A stretch of DNA of 64,000 nucleotides, from contig CM121342.1 in the NCBI GenBank assembly GCA_051530055.1, forward strand, positions 282,797 to 346,796. The letters run 5' to 3'. Below, piece after piece: positions 11,040-22,593 of the stretch. Every line of letters begins with the position of its first letter. Positions within the stretch are counted from its first letter, which is position 1. The notes beneath the pieces are model-generated. The model searched no databases. It saw nothing but the letters and a program-made list of their open reading frames with translations, and was not told the origin of the DNA. Origin of the DNA: Neoechinorhynchus agilis (Eukaryota > Animalia > Acanthocephala). A program made the position numbers and the translations under genes.

Positions 11040-11980
11040 GATTGATTCTTTTTACGCCATCGAAAGCCATGCAGGAAGTCGATTGTGATGCACCGAGATT
11101 CTCACCATCCTTGGGCGATGAAAGCGGCGATATACGCTGGTATGCATAAATCGGCAACCACCTGCTCATCGTCGTGGGACGCGAAGCGTGGAGCGGTGGA
11201 AGCAGTAAACAAGATCTTCGCGGACAACGGATATTCGACAGAGGAGATCGAAGGATTCCAGCGAGAAGTGGAAAATAGAATTAGACGAGACGCTGGACCC
11301 ATGAGGGAACGAAAGGACGATAGGCCGATCCTACGAATTCCGTACGTGAGTGAAATGTTCACGAAGAGAGTTAAAGTACTGCTCAGGCAAGCAGGGTTGA
11401 ATGTGCGTATTGTGCACAGAGGGTGTAGAACGCTGCGGAGGATGCTGACGAGAACGAGGCATCATGAGGATCATCAGGAATGCCCTCGGTCGTGCCTAAT
11501 GTGCAGATACGCAGCAGGTGCGAGGATGGACGAGGAGCGTCAGCAAGCCATTGATCGTGACTGGAAGATGTGCGATCAGAGCAGTGTGGTCTACGAGATC
11601 CGGTGTGAACGGTGTCGGATTGACCGTGGCCACTTGGTCACGTACGTGGGAAAAACAGAAAGGCCACTTCGCCAAAGAGTGGCCGAGCATGTACGAAACT
11701 CCTTGATCCACCCGGATGGAACAGTTCAGCTGTCCACGCGCATAATGTACAAAGCGCAGGATCCCGTCGAACTGTCGATAGCGGAAGCGCTGATCATATC
11801 CCGAGAGACCCGGGATCGTGAGGACTCTAGCGGGCATCGGTCGGTAGGACACTCATTAACCAGAAGGATGAGTTGTCTGCCGTCATGAATCTCATGTGAA
11901 ACTCCACTCCACTCGCATTGTAGATTACACCCTGAAGAAGCCGTTGGACGGCGAAAGCTAGGTGTTTCAATAAAAGCTCT
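11040..11980 (+). mobile_element. Penelope-like element, 5'-truncated (thumb/linker + GIY-YIG) with 3' hammerhead
   Basis: ORF 11085-11888: HRDSHHPWAMK, LRIPYV, VYEIRCERC, YVGKTERPLRQRVAEH. Confidence 0.9.
11927..11965 (+). ncRNA. Minimal type I hammerhead ribozyme (PLE-type)
   Basis: ACACC CTGAAGA A GCCG ttgga CGGC GAAA GC TA GGTGT: 5-bp stem I, 4-bp stem II, palindromic AGCT stem III, intact core, with AATAAA shortly downstream. Confidence 0.9.
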
Positions 11981-12129
11981 TTCAGTCGGATTGTCAATCA
12001 AACAATCATCAATAGATAAAACATGCGGCTGAACAACCAAGCAGCGCTTAGTAATCTTAGTAATCAGATTAGTTTGATATATATTTAAACTTTCCTATTT
12101 TTTTTGTTGTGCGCATCAAATTCCAAGAA

Positions 12130-12560
12130 ACATTCTTATTACTTAATATTTCGTGGACAAAATCCACCTCTTCAGACATCTACAAGATTGGTTTGTCGGG
12201 TCTTCTTTTTGCAAAAACCAGCCTGTTAGAAAAGGGACGACATTGGCTGCTTTCTGCAAAAAGAACACGGCGAAAATACCTACATGCGGAGTCTACGAAA
12301 TAGGATGTTCGGAATGTGATAAAAAGTATATTGGACAGACGAAGCAAGGTCTGAGCAAACGCATCCAACAGCACAAATACGTGCATAGGCGTTTTGATCG
12401 ATCTTCTGCAATATTGAACCACGAGCGTTAAGGAAATGAAAGCAATGGAAAATCGAATATTAAAACCGAAGTTGATGCAGGTTGAAATCGAATTCTTCAG
12501 AATATCGAATTTCCCAGTTCTTAAGATCACAACGGAGCTGACTTGGCATAAAGGTAAACT
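12130..12560 (+). mobile_element. Second PLE GIY-YIG fragment
   Basis: CGVYEIGCSECDKKYIGQTKQGLSKRIQQH, with stops downstream. Confidence 0.85.
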
Positions 12561-12599
12561 GATTTATTGAGTAAATAATAATTAATTTTGGTTAATTAG

Positions 12600-13050
12600 G
12601 AGATAGCGAAATCTGAGCATTTTCTCCAAAACCACATTCGATCATATAGAAGTGGATCGCCTATGTCTGTACCAGAATGGTAGTCTAATTCATTAACTTG
12701 GAAGGCTTCTTCATCTGGGAAATATTTCAGCGGAGGAACAAGCGTCTCAGAAAACTCTTCTGATGATTTCTTTACCTCGGCGAATGGATTAACTGCAAGA
12801 TTCGCTTTTAAAATACTTAAATTTAAATAATTGAATTATACTTAATAGAAATCGATCATTTCTTACACGCTGCGCTGCAGACACTTTGGTCGTATTTCAG
12901 TGAATCCATCATCAAACAATCTCAGAATATTCGTGCCGATAATATACGTCGCTGTTTGGGAGACTACAAATGCTAAGATCGAGGAAAGGCAGCTTCCTAT
13001 CGCCAAATAAAATGGGTAGCAAAAACGATGGTCCTCCTCGTTGATGTAGA
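12600..13050 (-). CDS. Probable 3' exons of a membrane-protein gene (claudin/PMP22-like last helix, uncertain)
   Basis: FYLAIGSCLSSILAFVVS hydrophobic helix in ORF 12863-13087, an AT-rich putative intron near 12810-12865, then a stop-free frame ANLAVNPFAEVKK...DPLLYDRMW. Confidence 0.35.
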
Positions 13051-13200
13051 AAACAAACAATCCGATTCCCACTTGTTGACAGGTCACTTAGTACGAAGAT
13101 CGAGAATATTTACAATAGTAGGCGACACTTACAAGATATTTGTCCAAAGACCGAAGAAACTTGATGCCACTAGATCCGAACTTGTCATTGGGATGGAAAA

Positions 13201-13357
13201 TGAGACACGGCCATGAGAAAAGCCGCAGTTTCGCAATGAGGAAACGCCGCGAGTGTGGTCGCGACCACTGAGGGCAGAGAGATGCCTCTTCTTTGTGGAC
13301 GGTGGTGATTGTTTAAACGTTTTGTTGTTGTGTGTGTAAATGAAAGAGTTGCTTACA
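13201..13357 (+). mobile_element. Possible short LTR relic
   Basis: TG...ACA-bounded segment preceded by purine-rich gggatggaaaa. The terminal inverted repeat is imperfect. Confidence 0.25.
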
Positions 13358-14130
13358 AAAAATAATTCATCTTTAATTTTAATTCGTAAACGCTGTACAA
13401 GCTAAATGTAACTTATAATCTTTTTTTATCGCGATGTTTAGGTTTTGGTTCCGATACGTGGACGCCAATATTAAATTATATATTCTCAATTACTAGCGAT
13501 TATTTACTATTTCGCAAAATTCATTCAGCTCCATGTTCAACTTTTCTTAATAAACACTGTTAATCTCTTAGACAATGCTCGCTGTGAGCAAAGTTTTCAG
13601 GGACGTTGGAAAAATGGAACTTCCGGTAATACAACGTTTTAATCTATTTTTAAAACTACAAATGCGTTAATAATACGTTTATTTGTTACTTAACAAGAAT
13701 TGGACCAATGAACCTTTGGGTCCTCATCAACACTCGAACATTCAAAACATTTTAAACTTAGCTTCTTTTTCAACGCTTTAAATTTCACGTAGCTTGAAAA
13801 CTTTCTGTAACTTTAAAATCGCAAAACTGCCTGCAAAATTCATTGGATTGAATTTTTATCAGAGATAAAGTCGACAGCCGATCTGTAAACAAGGGAGATC
13901 TGAATTCACCGCCTATGCTCGATAAAAAGCATATTGATTATTAGTATTCAAAATCGAAATTTCAATGATGTTAGATTCTCAAAGAAGGACGTGCACCTAT
14001 TTAATGTATAGACTCGTTTGAGATACGTACACCAAAGGTTCGCATTCTATGTTCATCTATACTGTTGAAAAGTTTGTTTGCGGGTTGTTTGCCAGCTTTC
14101 ATTCACAGTGCATTATGCTTTACAATTTAT

Positions 14131-14466
14131 TTAAAGTCCTCGATCATATAAGTATACAATTATAAGAATTATGATGAGAATTAGAATAATCGTCGGGATT
14201 ACAATCTTGATGATTTTGTTTCCACTTTGATATTCGATTTCATTCACGAATGTTACCTCTTTCGTTTCGATCTTCTGCTTGTCATGTTGTTTGTATATTG
14301 CTATACCGTTGACTTCTTTGGAATCAATGGGCGTGTAATTTGTTTGGTAAAATGCACCAGTGTCAAATGCCCAATTATTGTCAGGCTTTGCTAAACCGCA
14401 ATTCAATCGTATTTTAGTTAAATGGATACCAACTTGACCCAATGCAAACGAATAGTAGACCAACAA
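14131..14466 (-). CDS. Orphan single-pass membrane protein, probable last exon
   Basis: Stop-free frame ending in the strong hydrophobic helix IVIPTIILILIIILIIVYLY. The 5' structure is unresolved. Confidence 0.45.
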   Translation of the reverse strand: MLVYYSFALGQVGIHLTKIRLNCGLAKPDNNWAFDTGAFYQTNYTPIDSKEVNGIAIYKQHDKQKIETKEVTFVNEIEYQSGNKIIKIVIPTIILILIIILIIVYLYDRGL

Positions 14467-15867
14467 ACAGCGCGACCAACGTGCACATTCAGCGGCGTCT
14501 TCAAGTCTAGTTGGATTTTATACTCAAACCGGTTACACGAAATTTAATATACGTCAAAACAAAAGAAACGGTAAAATACTGTAGCGAGGAAAAGTGCACA
14601 AGAGTGACCATTGAAGAACAGGGATGTGTTGTTATATTTATGGAAATAAAACCTGCTAATATTAGATTTTTTCCAACCTTTTGTTCGATAAACCGCGATA
14701 CAAGAGGCACCTCGTTTAAACTTAAACCTTGTCAGTTTGAATGTATCACTCTATTAATTTTTCCATTGTCAACGAGCGCAGTAGACCATAAAAAGACATT
14801 TGTATTACTTAAACGTCTGCCTTTCTCAAATTTATACTTAATATGAATCGCTTGAATACGCTATAATATTCTAGGAATCTGCTCACAATTAGACGTACTC
14901 CAGCATTACTTTTTCACAGTAGTTTAAAAACCAGTAAAGTACTAAGCTGAAAAGTTTAATTTTCAAAACAGTGTCATTTTTATTTTGGACTGCTCAAATC
15001 ATTCATTTACTGGTCGTAGTAGATGCGTCAATTTTTGACCCCGATCATGTAAAAGTTAATGTTACCTAAGCCTTTAAGATTTCAACCATGAATTCTACAG
15101 GTCATTTTCTCGTTGTCTACACCGAAAATACTTCTTCAGCCTACTAATACAAATTGGAGACATGACAAAGTTTCTATATTTCAGTTTGAATTGAACTTAA
15201 CTTTATCTTCACTTTCAAGATCCCTGAGCCTCATTGATTTTCGACTTATAATAACAACACGTTTTATTGTTCAAAGTAGAGGAATTAAGTACCCCTGTGT
15301 CCTCGTGAGCACTCGAGTTAAGGAAAAGTTTGCTAGGTTGGGTTTTTCCTCTGGTTCATTTCGGGTAAATATTGGGCAGTATAAAAGAGGAGCGGAGGCA
15401 GAAGAAGGATGAAAGGAAGTGGGATTGCGAGTGTTTTGCTCCTGTTAAAAGGGGAATAAAATGTTGTACAAATTGTGGTGGCAAGGTTGAGAGGCGTTTT
15501 TATTCTTTGTTGAAAATTTATGAAGGCGTTCGGTGAGCGGGGGAAAATCAACTGTGCAAATTTTGACGACAAATGCGACAGTCAAGAAAACGCAAATATT
15601 TTCGTCCAGTAGTTCTTCAAAATACAAATCGAGGGCTTTTCATCTAATGGTTAGCGCTTAAGCCTATATGAACGACATGAAATTCCAATGTCAATTTTTC
15701 GATACGTGCAATAACATTAGTGAACTTCTTTGATCGTCGTGGAATGAGAAGGGTTTATCGTACACTTATCGTCAAAATTATTACACGGCTTAAAAACGGC
15801 GAATCTTTTAACTTCTTAAAGGTATTCATTTGGTTTTATTATACTTTTTAAGATAAATTTTCCTTTT

Positions 15868-16266
15868 TTATTGGTTCCGTGATATCCTTTCGCAGGGCGA
15901 AAATAACAGATCAGTTTTCCTACCTGATGGCGGCATTTTGTTAAAATCCTTACGCTTTATGTTTCGGATAAACATAATGATCTTGATAAAAATCAGACAT
16001 TGGACCAATTCCAATAAAAGAAGAATTATTGTGACCAAGAGTACAAATAGTATAATCAAGACAATTTTCCACTTCAGTTTTCCAAAATGATCAATATTGT
16101 CTAAAAGATCGTAAAGAGGATCGTCGTAATTCAATTGGTCATACAAGTTCTTATTTCTTTCCCTTGTTGCGTTCCTTGGGACATTGAAATCCTTCGGTGT
16201 TAAAATCGGAAATGACGATATATAAAAATAAAATAAAAATAGCAAAAAAAATGTGTTTGAAATCAT
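15868..16266 (-). CDS. Orphan type I membrane protein, 132 aa
   Basis: Signal-peptide-like N-terminus (MISNTFFLLFLFYFYISS), TM segment IVLIILFVLLVTIILLLLELV, basic tail. Confidence 0.55.
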   Translation of the reverse strand: MISNTFFLLFLFYFYISSFPILTPKDFNVPRNATRERNKNLYDQLNYDDPLYDLLDNIDHFGKLKWKIVLIILFVLLVTIILLLLELVQCLIFIKIIMFIRNIKRKDFNKMPPSGRKTDLLFSPCERISRNQ

Positions 16267-16659
16267 CTAATTTCATTTTAAGTACACTAGCATTTTATTT
16301 ATGTCAATTGTTCCATGGCAACAGTTATATTATAATAATAATTATGACGTTATCGTTACGGAACAAACATATTCTTGTGACGTCAACGAATCACACCGAC
16401 TATCCCAAGTTCGCCGCAACAGCATTCGCCCGCCGCGTCATGGATCGATTACTGCTCAGTTTGCTCGAGGATGCTTCACCTTACCAAAAGTGGTCTAATT
16501 AGAGTTCATGGTTCAACTTCCTCTCGATGTGGAGAATCGAATCGCAAATCTAACGTCCAACCTACCACTTCATTGACTGCAAACAGAAAAAAATTTATTC
16601 GTCAAAGGCAAACCATGGATCGACCGCTGTCGCTGAATAACCAAAGCAACATTCTATAG

Positions 16660-17830
16660 TTAAGTATCCGTTTTTTTTATTTGAGGTCACAATCCGATCC
16701 ACTGCATGAATTTGTTTGCCCAGTCTGCTGAGGAAATCCACTCAAAGGGCAATCTCGACAGGATTTTCAAGAATACACAGCGGAATTTTAGGCGTTGTTC
16801 TGGAGGCCTTCCTCTGGAATAAAAAACTAGGCCTGAAATAGCCCAAGAGCACCATATTACTTTGCATATCTTGGCGCTAAGCCTAATACGAGCGGCACGT
16901 CTCGCCTTAACTCTGGCTGTCTTTAAAAGTTTTTCCATCTTGTGTTTATCGGAGGCGGGCGAAAGGTTATTAGTGAAAGTATAACCTAAAATATCAAGCT
17001 TCTTATAAGCAGGGTCGAAATCTAACCAAAAAAATCCTTGATATAATCCCGGGTGTTCTTCTTACCCACTCGAGATTTAGATTTGATTAAAAATTTCGTC
17101 TTCTTTTCATTCAAAGAGAGACCCATTTGAGGTAGGTGGGATTTTAAAAAGTTCAGCACGGCAGCCAGTTTCGCACGTGCTCTCAAATAATTTAACTCTT
17201 TGATAACTACAGTAGGTCATCGGCGTACATAGTGACGCTACGACAAATCGTACAATTTTTAATCAAAAATTGAGTTGCCAAGCAAAAAAGTATGGGTGAT
17301 AAAGGTGAGCCTTGAGGGACTCCTTTGGATTGATAGAATATAGACCTTGATGGGTCATCTGCAAAGAAAAATCGTTTACATTTCAGGATGTTGTTCACCC
17401 TAGCAATTATATTAAATAGAAAACAAAAAAAATCTTAAACTATTCACCATAAAAGCAATGTCAATATTATCAAAAGCTTTAGAAATATCGAAAGAGATAA
17501 GAATGTTTGTTGACTTGGGGTGACTAAAAAGGTTATCTATTATTTGAGCAATTGCAGTATGAACAGATTTCTCTGGGAGGAAACCATGACAGCGCTCATC
17601 AATATGGTGATGTTTAAAAGAAAAATCCATTATAATTTTGGCCAAAACTCGCTCGTATATGGAAACAAACGAATTCTGAATGGAGATAAGGGTGATCATG
17701 TCGCTGGGGATGCCCCAGATACCACAAATACCATTGTCCTCCCAACTCTTGTATGTTTTTGAATCCTGGACGTTATATCGCTGTGACCTAAAGCTCCAAG
17801 AAGGCTTACCCTGTGAATTCATTCGAAGGA
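16660..17830 (-). mobile_element. APE-type LINE family, degenerate RT + C-terminal fragment
   Basis: IDERCHGF, FDISKAFD, GVPQGSPLSPILF, YADD, ILGYTF, SRGRPPE across frameshifted ORFs. Confidence 0.9.
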
Positions 17831-18175
17831 CCTAGTCCTCAATACCGAGGTTCTCACTCGCACTGGTGTAATCTCCATCGAGAAACATATCATCGATATC
17901 CAACTGCGTTGGAGTGGCCAAGTACGACACTTACTCGTTTATTGCCTTCGCAAAATTGTAATGTTTGCTGAGCTAGAACAAGGTACCCGATCAGACGGAG
18001 GCCAAAAGAAGCGATATAAGAACCAACTAAAGAGATCGTTACAGGCCGCAAACATTCCCCCTACTCGTTCGGAGGCAACTGCTAGTGATCGAAAGCTATG
18101 GGGGTATCGCTGCCGCTATTGCCTTATCAGTCTTGAAATAGAGCCACGACAAACAGCTGAACAACAATGAGAAGC
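17830..18175 (+). mobile_element. RTE-clade 3' fragment
   Basis: NTEVL...QLRWSGQV...IVMFAELEQGTRSDGGQKKRYKNQLKRSL, the typical RTE C-terminus. Confidence 0.8.
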
Positions 18176-18821
18176 TAGGAAACGAAGTAACCTTTAAGCC
18201 GATCGCGACAATGTCCAATTCCGATGCACCATGTGCCGAAAAAAAATTCTCTCCAGAATATGACTTGTCGCCCCTCTCTCTGTCGTCGACCTCTCTCTCG
18301 TCGTTGACCGTCATCCACACCGGATCCGTCATCCACTCAAAACGCCATATTGAATTAGTCGTAATCGGTTTTCAAAATCGTTCTTTATTTTAGGCAGCAA
18401 AACGGAATCCCTTTCCTTCTTATAACGCGAGCTTAAGTATCATTTTTACGGTGATTAGTCAATTGTGAACCACCATCGTATGTAAATGCGACATCATGAC
18501 GCCCAAATAGCAGCCGAGATTTTAATGACGCTTAGTGTTCCAACTTCTATGACTAAAGCACAAATGTTGACTAACTAAAGTGATCCATGACCTAGAAATG
18601 GAAACTGACGAGCAGTCCTAATCAAATTTCGATTTAAACATTTCATTCCTTGTAATTAATTCTTTGAGGATTTGGAAGGAGCAAATGCGAGTTATTCAAG
18701 GAGGTTAAAACATGAATGACCACCCAGATTGAAGCCTTTTATGGATTTACTGTTTTTGTGTGCTAAAATAGGACCTATGTTTGTGCAGACAATATAATAG
18801 ACAATCACCCATGAACTTTAA

Positions 18822-19174
18822 CCCTTTGCACATCGCCAAGCTCATAAAGGAAGTCACTATCATCCTCTGAATCGCTAATATCTGTATCATTAGATGAGTC
18901 TAAACTGCTGTCTTCAAACATCATCCGAGCTGCTTCGTCAGCTGTAAATCGCTTTTTTTACTCGCAATTACGTCTATTTTTAGGAATCAGTTACTTCCGG
19001 TGAGTGGGTGCATTCGTTTTTGACGTCGGACTGCTCCGATAACGATATGCCCCACCGGGTAGGACGTACGATCGTAAGACTTGTATGCTACCAATAAGTC
19101 CCACCGGGTGGGGCATACGATCGGAATGAGAAAATAAAAATGTCCCACCGTGTGGGACAGTCGAGGGAAAAGGG
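18822..19174 (-). mobile_element. Internally deleted piggyBac-type DNA transposon
   Basis: TTAA at 18818-18821 and 19175-19178, CCCTTT/AAAGGG termini, subterminal cccaccg(g/t)g repeats. The minus frame reads KKRFTADEAARMMFEDSSLDSSNDTDISDSEDD, like the acidic piggyBac transposase N-terminus. Confidence 0.75.
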
Positions 19175-19359
19175 TTAAGATCTCGTCGTGTTCGTTTAGC
19201 AATATATCGTCTTCGAGAAGCCTATCATCCAAATGAAGTAACCAATCGACAACCTTACCTAAGAAGTGTAAAAAAGCTGGTTCTTTTGCAAATGATGTTG
19301 AATAAAATCCGCAGTCATGGCAACGAAGCTTAAAAAATTATCCATCGGAGATTAACTAA

Positions 19360-19965
19360 TTGGCAATGCGTGCTATCTTTATTTTTACAGCTACGGTTTT
19401 CCATTTTTGGATTATGTCGTTACCAATAAAGGATGACAACACTTCGAATTATCATTCCACTGTCGAAACTCCGACAAATACAAAATTAAATTCTGATCAA
19501 TTACCAATACACGTTTCACCTCCCATGAATGACTTGACGAATGATAAAAATGACAAACTTGCAGATGGCAATCCTAAATTTGATATTTTAATATTTCTCT
19601 TTTTGTGTTTGTTGATCCTAATACTTATCCTCACCCTTTGCTGTATTTCAAAAAGATCGAGAAATCGAAAGTGCATTGAACAATTGAAAAAGCTTCCGAA
19701 TGAAGAATGGGAAAATGTATATGCGAATTACTCTCCGATAGTTGATGGTGGTTCTTCCAAGGAGTCAAGTAATCTTTATAAGGACGGTAATTTTGTGGCG
19801 CATATTAAACTTTTCTGGCATCCAAAGGAACATTTTACAACCAATGATGAACAGCACAAAGGTCCTGGCAAACTGCTTCTTAGCAAAAGAGAAAACTTCA
19901 CCGAGGTCATTAGATTAGATGACAATACAGTGATCGCAGGAATTTTTTCGTCCAACCGGGATTAA
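19360..19965 (+). CDS. Orphan type I membrane protein, about 200 aa (ATG at 19366)
   Basis: Signal-like N-terminus, S/T/N-rich ectodomain, TM ILIFLFLCLLILILILTLCC, cytoplasmic tail with ENVYANY. Confidence 0.65.
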   Translation: MAMRAIFIFTATVFHFWIMSLPIKDDNTSNYHSTVETPTNTKLNSDQLPIHVSPPMNDLTNDKNDKLADGNPKFDILIFLFLCLLILILILTLCCISKRSRNRKCIEQLKKLPNEEWENVYANYSPIVDGGSSKESSNLYKDGNFVAHIKLFWHPKEHFTTNDEQHKGPGKLLLSKRENFTEVIRLDDNTVIAGIFSSNRD

Positions 19966-20188
19966 TTTTTATTAGATCCTTTAAAATAAACGTTTATTGA
20001 GATTTTTCTTTGATTTAGAGAAAATATCCCGCGAAGGTTTTAAATTCGATGATCCGCCATGCTTTCTATCCTAGACTAACTTTGCAATTACGAACCGCAG
20101 TTTTAAGAAAAGCTTCCCATTAGTTAAAAGTGTTGAAAAGATAATTCATTGTTATTTGTTGATAGGAGAGATAAATAAGATTAAGATT

Positions 20189-20230
20189 TTATTGGATATT
20201 TCGATCCACTATCTCGGATCTTCTTCAGCG
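20189..20230 (-). ncRNA. Hammerhead-like motif, inverted copy
   Basis: Reverse complement of 22038-22079. Confidence 0.7.
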
Positions 20231-20657
20231 ATCTAAAACACATATAACAGGGATTCTCAATTCACACGTCACATAACATCCGGTAGGAGTCGCATCCTTA
20301 ATTTGAAATTATTGCCCTCGAACGTTTCGAACCTATTTATATATAAGGATTCGATGATAATACGTTCGAAACGCCGACCATTGCAAACTAGTGTTGTAGC
20401 GGCACTAAAATCAATAGTGTGACCTGTGTTTTTTGCATGGGCCACCACTGCGGAACTAATATCCGTGTTGCGAACAACTGATGATTTGTGCTCCTTCATC
20501 CGTCGGGTGAAATTGTTGGTCTGCCCCACATAGACCTGTTCACAACCGGAGCACGGAATTTTAGAGACCGCACCAGATGACTGTTGGCCATTCTTGGGAC
20601 ATATCAATCCGTGTAGAGTGCATCCCCTCTTTGTGTATACATTTACTCTCTTGGCCT

Positions 20658-20791
20658 TGTGGCGGCGACTTCCACGTAATGACGGGCAGCCGGAAGAAGT
20701 TTCCTTTCCCCGAATGAAAGCAGGGACAACAAGCATTCACCACAATGTAAAGATAATAAACTTAATCTTCTTCTTACGTGACGCCGCCAAA
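20658..20791 (+). mobile_element. 134-bp solo-LTR-like insertion in the left PLE arm
   Basis: Absent from the right arm. GCCT duplicated at 20654-20657 and 20792-20795. Ends TGTGGCGGCG / CGCCGCCAAA, with an internal AATAAA. Confidence 0.7.
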
Positions 20792-22037
20792 GCCTCACAT
20801 CCTGATTTTATGATGCGCTCCATAGCAAAATAAGAATGATCATCAGGGAATGGCAGTTCAACGTAGATCTCTTCCTTTTTTTGACTTTGTCTCCCCACTC
20901 TCGCAGTTCCTCTCCTGTCTACGAACACTGAATGGAATTTAACTAATAGTGACTGGCGAATGCTATTGCAGTTTTGCACCAGATTCTGCAACTTCCAGTT
21001 CAACGGCATCGACTATGACCAGAAAGATGGAGTAGCCATGGGCAGCCCGTTAGCCCCTGTGCTTGCTGAGCTGTATATGCGGCACTGGAAGGACGAACAT
21101 TCGCCGCCGATACAGGGGGTTAATATCTGGTTCAGATATGTGGACGACACGTTCCTGTTGATCGACCCTTCAGAGACTAATATGAATTGCCTTAAACATG
21201 AACTAAATGGAAGGGACGACAATATTCAGTGGACGATCGAGGAGGAGGACCATGGTAAGTTTCCGTTCCTGGATGTGTGGATATACCGATTAGCCAGTGG
21301 AAACTCCACGACCAGCGTGTACCGAAAGAGAGGTATACCAGTGGGCCTTGTGCCATGGACATCAGCCCAACCTCGCAAATACAAAAAATTTCGAGGATTA
21401 GGTCACTCATCCACCGTGTTCTTACACATTGTAGCAACGCCAAGTTGTGTAACGAGGAGATTGGTTACCTAAAGTACATATCAGGTCTCCATCTTGTCGA
21501 ACCTTCAATGGGGAGACAAAGTCAAAAAAAGGAAGAGATCTACGTTGAACTGCCATTCCCTGATGATCATTCTTATCTTGCTATGGAGCGCATCATAAAA
21601 TCAGGATGTGAGGCCAAGAGAGTAAATGTATACACAAAGAGGGGATGCACTCTACACGGATTGATATGTCCCAAGAATGGCCAACAGTCATCTGGTGCGG
21701 TCTCCAAAATTCCGTGCTCCGGTTGCGAACAGGTCTATGTGGGCAGACCAACAATTTCACCCGACGGATGAAGGAGCACAAATCATCAGTTGTTCGCAAC
21801 ACGGATATTAGTTCCGCAGTGGTGGCCCATGCAAAAAACACAGGGCACACTGTTGATTTTAGTGCCGCTACAACACTAGTTTGCAATGGTCGGCGTTTCG
21901 AACGTATTATCATCGAATCCTTATATATAAATAGGTTCGAAACGTTCGAGGGCAATAATTTCAAATTAAGGATGCGACTCCCACCGGATGTTATGTGACG
22001 TGTGAATTGAGAATCCCTGTTATATGTGTTTTAGATC

Positions 22038-22079
22038 GCTGAAGAAGATCCGAGATAGTGGATCGAAATATCCAATAAA
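22038..22079 (+). ncRNA. Minimal hammerhead-like motif at the PLE 3' end
   Basis: CTGAAGA A GATCC gagatagt GGATC GAAA TA TC C AATAAA. Core intact, ATAT palindromic stem III, stem I weak. Confidence 0.7.
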
Positions 22080-22593
22080 ATCTTAATCTTATTTATCTCT
22101 CCTATCAACAAAAAATTAGTTAAAAGTTTTTTATAAAGTGTTGTCTAAGACTAAGCAATAAATAACATGATAGATCGTTCACGCCGCCAGACTTATGTTT
22201 TGTAGGAGGAATGTTCCTACAGTCGGATGGCAAGTGATTCGTCTGATTCTCTCGGACAATTGCTTGACCATGGCCTACGCCGCGTTACCAAAGGACCCGA
22301 GTGACTCGACGCCTGGTCATTACATTTCCCTCCCTAAAATGCATCAATGCACCGTTAACTTTTATTAGAAAAGCGAGTGAAAGTATTTGTTACTATTTTG
22401 TTTTCTTAATCTTAAATCTTACACGATTTGTGACTTCTAAATTCACTATGGATCTCGTGTTAGCCTGTGTTTAAATATTTGTAACCGTCCTCGAAGCGAA
22501 AGTGAAAGTGTGACGCACCAATTGCTCACGATATTTAAAAACAAAACTTTCATCATTTGAAAGAAGTCACCAATCCTCATTTCATTTTCACCG

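Larger units (their letters stand above)
20155..22112. mobile_element. Penelope-like element with an inverted 3' arm (outward-facing palindromic structure)
   Basis: Minus arm 20155 to about 20940 encodes GIY-YIG. Plus arm about 20940-22112 encodes RT (GVAMGSPLAPVLA, RYVDD, FPFLDV) and GIY-YIG with frameshifts and a deletion. The outer ends are reverse complements of each other. Confidence 0.92.

Noticed and set aside
17805-17820. aattcacagggta matching the 17-bp TSD at 42553
   Set aside because: A 13-nt AT-rich match in a different part of a LINE with no element inserted. Treated as coincidence.
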